Shown piece after piece: positions 57,699 to 64,000 of a stretch of DNA of 64,000 nucleotides. The stretch is from the IMG/VR virus record IMGVR_UViG_3300025868_000002, positions 8,812-72,811 of that record, one strand, 5' to 3'. Positions within the stretch are counted from its first letter, which is position 1, and every line of letters starts with the position of its first letter. A model generated the notes under the pieces. That model saw only the letters and a list, made by a program, of their open reading frames with translations, did no database searches and was not told where the DNA came from. The stretch comes from a virus (Duplodnaviria; Caudoviricetes). Position numbers and translations under genes: made by a program.

Positions 57699-58412
57699 AT
57701 GTTAACAAAAAAATTATTTATCATTACAAATGAGGAAAGAAGTAGGATGTCCTTAAATGCAATGAAGTCAATAGTTCCACATACCAAAGAAACAGAATTA
57801 AGGGTTTTTCTTAATTGCAAAATTGATTTTAACCCTTTAATTGATTACGCAATGTTTTTCCAAAATATAGATAAAAGAATAAAAATTAACTGTGAAGACA
57901 AAAAATTTGGGCTATCTATGGCATGGAATCACTGCTGTGAACAAACAAAAGAAGATGTATGCATCCTGTTAAATGATGATGTTGTATTAAATGATGAAAA
58001 TTGGGAAACCAATCTTGATGAATTACTCGAAAAAAATAAAAGGCATAAAGTATTTTTGCTCTGTGCCCCAAATGGGTTTAGCGGATTCGCAATAAGAAAA
58101 TCTTTCTGGGAACTTATAGGTGGATTTACACCATTCCCATCCGGCTATTATGAAGATGATGATTTCTTTCTCCGTGTAATGAAATTGTACGGGCTTCACC
58201 ATAAGAAAGAAATAATGGATGAAGTGTTCTTTTCCTTGTATGATAGGGGAATTAAACCTATGTTTGCACATGTCCCTAATCCCTGTGCTAAAAAATGGGA
58301 TAAATCTATAAACTCAAGATTATTCCATAGCATGTGGAAAGAAACGAAAACCAGTACAAGCACAAGTTTTGAAAATAAAAACGGGATTAACTATGAATGG
58401 ATAGGAAAATAA
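57699..58412 (+). CDS. GT2-like glycosyltransferase
   Basis: GLSMAWN, LLNDDV, LIGGFTPFPSGYYEDDDF, AH. Confidence 0.8.
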   Translation: MLTKKLFIITNEERSRMSLNAMKSIVPHTKETELRVFLNCKIDFNPLIDYAMFFQNIDKRIKINCEDKKFGLSMAWNHCCEQTKEDVCILLNDDVVLNDENWETNLDELLEKNKRHKVFLLCAPNGFSGFAIRKSFWELIGGFTPFPSGYYEDDDFFLRVMKLYGLHHKKEIMDEVFFSLYDRGIKPMFAHVPNPCAKKWDKSINSRLFHSMWKETKTSTSTSFENKNGINYEWIGK

Positions 58413-58615
58413 TGAATCACAAGCATTGTAATCATACAATTGAACCACAATTTATACAAGTTGGAGAAATCTTTACAAATCAGGAATGCCCTTTATGCGG
58501 CTCATATTTAAAACTTTGTGGTTATACCCTGCCAAAAGACATAAATGATGTTGTACTGTATGTAGAATGTTTAAAAAATGGGTGTGCATACAAAGGTAAA
58601 AGGACTTTAATCTAA
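58397..58615 (+). CDS. Small Cys-rich (Zn-binding) protein
   Basis: HKHC, CPLCG, C...C motifs. Confidence 0.5.
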   Translation: MDRKIMNHKHCNHTIEPQFIQVGEIFTNQECPLCGSYLKLCGYTLPKDINDVVLYVECLKNGCAYKGKRTLI

Positions 58616-58629
58616 AAGAGGAAATAATT

Positions 58630-58893
58630 ATGGAATTTCATAGTTTGGAAAATAATGGTGACTATAGCCCCAAACTAACTGAAGATTACGCTAATAATTT
58701 AACTACAAGCGAGTTTAGAATGATCGCAAATGACTTGTGCCAAAATCTCACCACAATACATAATGCAAAAATTGTAATCCACACCTTATGTGATATGGTT
58801 GAAGATTTGTATGATTTAGTTGCTAGTGCTATTGATGAAGAAAGTTATAATATTGAAGAGGACGAGGAGTACTCAGACTTCGAGGAAGAATAA
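58630..58893 (+). CDS. Small acidic protein
   Basis: 87 aa with an acidic tail; GAGGA RBS. Confidence 0.5.
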   Translation: MEFHSLENNGDYSPKLTEDYANNLTTSEFRMIANDLCQNLTTIHNAKIVIHTLCDMVEDLYDLVASAIDEESYNIEEDEEYSDFEEE

Positions 58894-59783
58894 TGAAAAT
58901 AACAAATAAATTTAATGTTCCCAAAGCTGTAGTAAGAGCAATAGAAAATGACGGATACTCTTATACAGGCTATATTTCCGTAACACAATTAATATCCCCG
59001 CCAAGATTAAGATGGCTTACAAAACGGCATTGGGATGAACTTGAAGAAGATTGTGTGGATGCCGTGTGGAAACTACTCGGATCTGCCGTTCATGTTATTT
59101 TGGAAAGGGCAGAAGACAAGCATGCCGCAGATTTTCAGGAAATACGATTAGAAGCAGAAACAGATGGTAAAATCTGGTCAGGCCAAGGCGACATCTGGGA
59201 ATCACCAAATATACTTAGTGATTATAAAGTAACAAGTGCATGGGCGGCAGTTAATGATGTTAAACCTGAATGGGAACAACAATTAAATATGCTTGCTTAT
59301 TTATATCGAAAACAAAATTTTGAAGTAAAAAAATTACAAATTGTGGCTATATTTCGCGATTGGTCAAGAATAAGGGCAAAAACATCACAAGATTACCCCA
59401 ATTCTCCTATAAAAGTTATACCTATAAAATTATGGAAAACAGACAAAATAGAAAAATTTATTAAAGAGAGAATGCAGGCTCACACAGAAACAGAAAATAC
59501 CCCTGATGATGAACTTCCCAAATGTACAGAAAAAGAACGATGGGAAAGACCAAAACAATATGCTATAATGAAAAATAACAATAAACGTGCAACAAAACTT
59601 TGTGCCACTGAAGAAGAAGCCCTTGAAATAATTAAAACCTTCTTATCTAAAGGTGATAGTAATTCCTATGACATTGATGTGAGGGAAGGGGAAAGAATAC
59701 GATGCGAACATTATTGCCCTGTTAATAAATTCTGCAACCAATACCAAAATTATATTAAAGAAAAAGAAAAAAAAATTAATTAG
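58893..59783 (+). CDS. Cas4/RecB-like PD-(D/E)xK exonuclease
   Basis: SVTQLISPPR, GSAVH..LE, GQGD...DYKVT, QQLNM, C-terminal C...RCEHYCPVNKFC. Confidence 0.85.
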   Translation: MKITNKFNVPKAVVRAIENDGYSYTGYISVTQLISPPRLRWLTKRHWDELEEDCVDAVWKLLGSAVHVILERAEDKHAADFQEIRLEAETDGKIWSGQGDIWESPNILSDYKVTSAWAAVNDVKPEWEQQLNMLAYLYRKQNFEVKKLQIVAIFRDWSRIRAKTSQDYPNSPIKVIPIKLWKTDKIEKFIKERMQAHTETENTPDDELPKCTEKERWERPKQYAIMKNNNKRATKLCATEEEALEIIKTFLSKGDSNSYDIDVREGERIRCEHYCPVNKFCNQYQNYIKEKEKKIN

Positions 59784-59821
59784 CATAAACGTATAGGTTA
59801 CATTAAAAATGGAGACCAAAA

Positions 59822-60028
59822 ATGATTCTTATTAACTCAAAATTCTACCCACTAAAAGAAGCTGAAACTGGAGAATGCCCGTTTTGTCACAAAGACCTAA
59901 AATTTGAAGAAAACCCCTTTGAGCAAACAATTGAAAAACATGCTATTTGTTGCGGATTTGTTTATAATCTAATGGTAACCGAAGAAAAAAATAAAGTTAA
60001 ACTACATATCAAGCCAACCAAGATTTAG
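59822..60028 (+). CDS. Small Zn-ribbon protein
   Basis: CPFC...CCG. Confidence 0.5.
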   Translation: MILINSKFYPLKEAETGECPFCHKDLKFEENPFEQTIEKHAICCGFVYNLMVTEEKNKVKLHIKPTKI

Positions 60029-60085
60029 TGTTAATATTAGTAAGGAAGTTTATTTAAGCCCTCTAACTAAATACTTGGAGTTATT

Positions 60086-61546
60086 ATGCCTGCATTCACA
60101 AATATAATTTTTGGTATACATAAAAAATGTGGCGGATATGTAAGAAAAGCCACACAAAATTTAGGCGTAAAAGCAATTTACTACTGTACAAGCTGCTGGA
60201 AAAACTCGGCTATTGGAAATTTAAGCCCTGACCATGATGTTTACAGATGGCTTGATATTGATATTTTAGACACACCACAAACAAATAAATTGGGGCTAGC
60301 CTTCCCAACACAGAATACAGATAACTATCAATTTGTCCACGATACAGGATTTAGCTATGTAAGGATTGATTGTGATTGGGATTACAGAGAACCATCTAAT
60401 GGGGAGTTTAACTGGACTCCGTTAGATAATAGGATTATAGAAGGAAATAGGTTAGGCTTTAAGTGGATTTTGACCCTTATATGTAACTCTTCGTGGGGAA
60501 CCACAACTGTCCCCGGCACAACGTCGTTAAACCAGCCGCCTACTGATGTTGCAGACTGGACTAACTTCGTTATGAGGACTGTCGCAAGGTATTCCCTTGG
60601 TAACCAATATACAATGCCAGGATTAACAAAAAATGTTAACCTGTATATGTTCCCTAATGAATGGAATAGCACTTCAAATAAATATGGTGGTTGGGGGGGA
60701 ACATACACCGATCTCCATGATTTAATGAATACTACCTATGATGCTATTAAATATGCTAATCCCGATGCTACCTTTATTATTGGTGCTAGCGGAACCGCGC
60801 ATACATCGGCATTAGCCGTATACGCTGGTTATGGCGATTATGACGTAATAACATCGGCAGGAACATTTTCACCGACAGATATCTCAAGTAGTTACGCTGC
60901 TGAATATACAGACACAACAAATTTTTACAAAAATCTTAAAGGTGATTATATTGATTGCCATTTTTACGGCCCTATTGCCCACGATAACCCAAAAATATCA
61001 CTAATGACAGAGTTAAAAGGATATGCCACATCATCGCCACAGCTTTGCACAACTGAATTTGGCGGTCCAAGCACATACTATGACTCCGATATGAAAGATA
61101 TCGAATTCTTTATGAATCCAATTGAGCGATATTTAAACTACATTAACAAAGGGTTTGCTTTCCAAACTTGGTTTGGCCTTGTCACAACATCAGAAACTTC
61201 AACAAATAGATTTGTTCCCCTAATGGAAAATAAAGATAAAATAAGACCACAATATTATGCCACAAAATTACTAGCTAATTTATTCAAAGATGGGGTTATG
61301 TCTGTTGTGCATATTACAGACAGCCTTTATTTTATATTGGTTTCTCCATTCTATGGTAAATATGTTGCGTGGAAAGCGGGCTCTGACACAACATTTGCGG
61401 CGCAGTCATACACACACACTGCAAATGATTATATACTGGTTTATGACCCTAAAAATGGTAAATACGCAGAAAAAGTATTACCAGATGATGGTATTGTTAC
61501 CCTTACAGATCTTCCATCAATATTTACATATGATTTTACTGCGTAA
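60086..61546 (+). CDS. Clan GH-A (GH39/GH5-like) glycoside hydrolase with an N-terminal Zn-ribbon leader
   Basis: VRIDCDW..EP..GEFNW..LD, acid/base PNEW, DCHFYG, nucleophile TEFG. Confidence 0.75.
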   Translation: MPAFTNIIFGIHKKCGGYVRKATQNLGVKAIYYCTSCWKNSAIGNLSPDHDVYRWLDIDILDTPQTNKLGLAFPTQNTDNYQFVHDTGFSYVRIDCDWDYREPSNGEFNWTPLDNRIIEGNRLGFKWILTLICNSSWGTTTVPGTTSLNQPPTDVADWTNFVMRTVARYSLGNQYTMPGLTKNVNLYMFPNEWNSTSNKYGGWGGTYTDLHDLMNTTYDAIKYANPDATFIIGASGTAHTSALAVYAGYGDYDVITSAGTFSPTDISSSYAAEYTDTTNFYKNLKGDYIDCHFYGPIAHDNPKISLMTELKGYATSSPQLCTTEFGGPSTYYDSDMKDIEFFMNPIERYLNYINKGFAFQTWFGLVTTSETSTNRFVPLMENKDKIRPQYYATKLLANLFKDGVMSVVHITDSLYFILVSPFYGKYVAWKAGSDTTFAAQSYTHTANDYILVYDPKNGKYAEKVLPDDGIVTLTDLPSIFTYDFTA

Positions 61547-61585
61547 TCAACGTGGTTTACTTGAAAGACTATGCTATACCAATTT

Positions 61586-61624
61586 AGGTCCCCCAAAGGA
61601 GCACCCTGGGGGACCTGTTTCTTG
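61586..61624 (+). terminator. Intrinsic terminator-like hairpin
   Basis: AGGTCCCCCA/TGGGGGACCT 10-bp stem followed by GTTTCTT. Confidence 0.65.
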
Positions 61625-61665
61625 GCATAAAATTTGCACTTCATACTTAACTAAAGGAGATTCTA

Positions 61666-61983
61666 ATGGATATTAGTGAAAAAATGGGATACGCTGCTTC
61701 TATAAAAAATCTTAATGACAAAATTAAAACACTTGAAATTGAAATAAATACACTAAAAGAAATAAATAATGCCCTTAGTAATACTATGATTTTAGTGTAT
61801 AAGAATAACTTATTAGCCGAAAATATTGATGAAGATATCCTTAAAGAAAAAATAAAAGAATCTTTAAAAATTGCTAATATAAAATTACCTAGCAATAAAA
61901 TAAAAAAAGAATTAGAAATAACAGATACACATACTGAAAAGAAACCACAAAAAGAAAAAAATTATGATAAAAAATATACTTAA
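61666..61983 (+). CDS. Hypothetical coiled-coil protein
   Basis: 105 aa; AAGGAG RBS. Confidence 0.55.
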   Translation: MDISEKMGYAASIKNLNDKIKTLEIEINTLKEINNALSNTMILVYKNNLLAENIDEDILKEKIKESLKIANIKLPSNKIKKELEITDTHTEKKPQKEKNYDKKYT

Positions 61984-62167
61984 AAAACTAAAACCCCAAC
62001 CTACGGAAGCTATGTGGTGTGTTACACTTACCATTATGAATATGACTACTTGGCATGTGTGGAGACCCCAAAGTACTTGGATGTTTTATTTCTCTCTGTT
62101 ACTTTATCCTCTTTTTTATGTTTTTAGCAAATTATTCCTTAATAAAATACACCAAAATAAACGTTAA
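61964..62167 (+). CDS. Small membrane protein
   Basis: 67 aa with a hydrophobic C-terminal half. Confidence 0.45.
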   Translation: MIKNILKKLKPQPTEAMWCVTLTIMNMTTWHVWRPQSTWMFYFSLLLYPLFYVFSKLFLNKIHQNKR

Positions 62168-62216
62168 ATGGCATTGACCACAAACATGCGTGATACGTAC
62201 TTAAAAAATAACTTTT

Positions 62217-62289
62217 GCCCCCGTAGCTTAAAGGTTAGAACATCAGACTTTCAATCCGGTAATGCTGAGTCCAAACCTCACCAGGGGTA
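62217..62289 (+). tRNA. Degenerate tRNA-Glu(UUC), possible pseudo-tRNA
   Basis: The cloverleaf folds with anticodon TTC, but has mismatches in the acceptor, anticodon and T stems, T-loop TCCAAAC, and CTA in place of CCA. Confidence 0.55.
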
Positions 62290-62297
62290 CTAATGCC

Positions 62298-62386
62298 GGG
62301 GAAATGGCAGAATGGTAATGCGGCAGACTTGAAATCTGTGGCCCGCCCTTGAGACGGTGTGGGTTCAAATCCTACTTTCCCCGCCA
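62298..62386 (+). tRNA. tRNA-Ser(UGA)
   Basis: GGGGAAA/TTTCCCC, G73, CCA; loop CT-TGA-AA; long variable arm; T-loop TTCAAAT. Confidence 0.9.
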
Positions 62387-62408
62387 TAAACTGATTTCAA
62401 ACTAATAT

Positions 62409-62429
62409 ATAGCATGACTCCCATGCTAT
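62409..62429 (+). terminator. Hairpin after the tRNA pair
   Basis: ATAGCATG-actcc-CATGCTAT. Confidence 0.45.
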
Positions 62430-62468
62430 TATAACTAAAATATTTTTTAAAAACTAAAAGTATCACCC

Positions 62469-62705
62469 ATGAATGAACAAGAAAAAAAAAATAAATGGGA
62501 AAATATTTATCCGCCTAAATCAGAAAAATGGACGGATGGATGGTATATATTCAAGTTCTTTAAACAAAAAAAAGAAGACTTTACTTTATATATCCCTTTT
62601 TATGTCGTTGATGGACTAATATACTCAGAAATATATGCATATGTCGAAACTGTAGAAAATGCAAGAAGAACAAATACAGGATATGTGTATAAAATTGAAA
62701 CTTAA
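62469..62705 (+). CDS. Hypothetical protein
   Basis: 78-aa ORF. Confidence 0.5.
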   Translation: MNEQEKKNKWENIYPPKSEKWTDGWYIFKFFKQKKEDFTLYIPFYVVDGLIYSEIYAYVETVENARRTNTGYVYKIET

Positions 62706-62759
62706 TAAAATATAATAAATAGTGTTATTATACATAGACCTTAACCCATAGGAAACCGT

Positions 62760-63824
62760 ATGCCTGCCTTCTCTAATAAAACTATCGGAACACATAAAAG
62801 ATGCGGCGGAAATGTCCATCAAATAAAACAAACATTGGGCACTAAAACATTCTACTACTGCGATAACTGCTCACTGAATTCGTCCGTAAGTAAACTAGAT
62901 ATAAATAATGATGTCTACCTTTTCCATGATGTGCGCGGCTTAATAAAATGGGGAAATAGCCCACAATTTACACTCAACAACTGGGCAAACGCTATTAGTA
63001 AATATGACTTCTTCGCTACTACACCTGGAGCTTGGGAAAACCACGCCAATACTATCGCCACTATTAAAAATGTTAACCCAAAATTTAAAGCAGGAACTTA
63101 CTTCCAAATGCATACCGCAGCCACTTGGATGGCCTCCGCTGGCGAAGGTACTTATCCTAAATTACTGTGGGACTACCTTAGCCTTCACCCAGCAGGATCT
63201 GTAGATGGATCTACTATACCCACTGTGTGGTACACTAACCCTGTATATGATATCTTCAACGCTACTGTGAGACAAACCGCTGCAAACTTGCTAGGTAATT
63301 ATGTTAATACCTATAACCTTAATTGGATATTTTTGGATTTTGTTAGTGTGCCTATCGGTTCTTTTAATGGTTCCTATATCCTTGACTTTAATAGAAATGG
63401 AGTGTCCCTGTGGGATGATACAACAGAACAAGACCAACTGAAACAAGTGTGGTTTGATTATATCTCCGAAATAAGAACAGAAGTAGGAGATGATGTCCAA
63501 ATTATTCCAAACGGAAAACTTGCACTTACAGATGATAGCTTTGCTTCTATTGTTGATGGTTGCTTTGTTGAAGATTTTCCTAAATACTTTTTTGGTAGCG
63601 TTGAATATGACTGGGATGGAGCCTTTAATATAGAACATATACCCTCACTTTATAGCCTTAATCAAAAAAGGTACAGAAATGGTAGAGGAAGTGTATTTAT
63701 ACATAATGACATTAATATAGATACAGATAACTGGCGAAAAGTTAGGGATAAATATCCTAACCTTATTATATGTAATGAGCAAAAAACCGAAGGATTGCCA
63801 CCAGACCCCACACCACCAATGTAA
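62760..63824 (+). CDS. TIM-barrel glycoside hydrolase-like protein (GH114/GH166/GHL15-like) with an N-terminal Zn-ribbon leader
   Basis: IATIKNVNPKFK..TY, WIFLDFV, VQIIPNG, VDGCFVEDF. Confidence 0.6.
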   Translation: MPAFSNKTIGTHKRCGGNVHQIKQTLGTKTFYYCDNCSLNSSVSKLDINNDVYLFHDVRGLIKWGNSPQFTLNNWANAISKYDFFATTPGAWENHANTIATIKNVNPKFKAGTYFQMHTAATWMASAGEGTYPKLLWDYLSLHPAGSVDGSTIPTVWYTNPVYDIFNATVRQTAANLLGNYVNTYNLNWIFLDFVSVPIGSFNGSYILDFNRNGVSLWDDTTEQDQLKQVWFDYISEIRTEVGDDVQIIPNGKLALTDDSFASIVDGCFVEDFPKYFFGSVEYDWDGAFNIEHIPSLYSLNQKRYRNGRGSVFIHNDINIDTDNWRKVRDKYPNLIICNEQKTEGLPPDPTPPM

Positions 63825-63855
63825 TTTAAACCCCCTTCTTTTTAAAAGACCTTAT

Positions 63856-63999
63856 AATTGTCACAGAATACTGTGAATTGTCACAGAATTGTCACAGAAT
63901 ATTGTTAATTGTCACAGAATTGCCTAAAAATACGGTGAAATATCACTAAATATCATAAAATTATAACGAAATGACAAAAAGTGTCACGAAATCGTGACA
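63856..63999. repeat. Array of AATTGTCACAGAAT direct repeats plus TCAC/GTGA inverted repeats
   Basis: Copies at 63856, 63876, 63887 and 63907; palindromes TCACAG-aata-CTGTGA, GTGA-aata-TCAC and TGTCACGA-aa-TCGTGACA. Confidence 0.9.
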
Positions 64000-64000
64000 A

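Noticed and set aside
58893-59783. Cas4-like nuclease as evidence of CRISPR-Cas
   Set aside because: No cas1/cas2 genes or repeat-spacer array in the window; solo Cas4/RecB-like nucleases are common in phages.
62174-62203. Sigma70 promoter for the tRNA pair
   Set aside because: TTGACC is present, but there is no convincing -10 hexamer at 16-18 bp spacing.
1-64000. Alternative genetic code
   Set aside because: Conserved genes are full length and densely packed under the standard code, and no suppressor tRNA is present.

Overview
This window is a 64-kb segment of a large, AT-rich tailed dsDNA phage. It looks siphovirus-like: there is a tape measure protein and a tail tube, but no recognisable sheath. 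It has four blocks. (1) 57-2600 (+): a membrane/coiled-coil gene, thyX and a GMP reductase. (2) 2592-40065 (-): a complete morphogenesis operon running from terminase, portal fused to a MuF-type domain, scaffold/protease, major capsid, neck and tube, through a -1 frameshifted tail chaperone and tape measure, to eight tail-tip genes. The head gene order is reminiscent of SPbeta-like phages. (3) 40055-51676 (-): a sigma-like factor, dNMP kinase, family A DNA polymerase, SSB, tyrosine recombinase, HNH, thymidine kinase, HU-like protein, nucleotidase and glycosyltransferases. (4) 52202-63824 (+): three tRNA genes, four more glycosyltransferases, a methyltransferase, an amidase, two nucleases and two glycoside hydrolases. 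The main leads are an ungapped ~57-aa His/Cys Zn-ribbon leader shared by two unrelated glycoside hydrolases (a possible docking tag), six glycosyltransferases with methyltransferases, a tRNA-Thr(UGU) with class II architecture, an out-of-frame 52-bp duplication of a glycosyltransferase start, and a TGTCAC repeat array at the right edge. No CRISPR array, reverse transcriptase or stop-codon recoding is evident. All functional calls come from motif recognition by eye; no database search was run.
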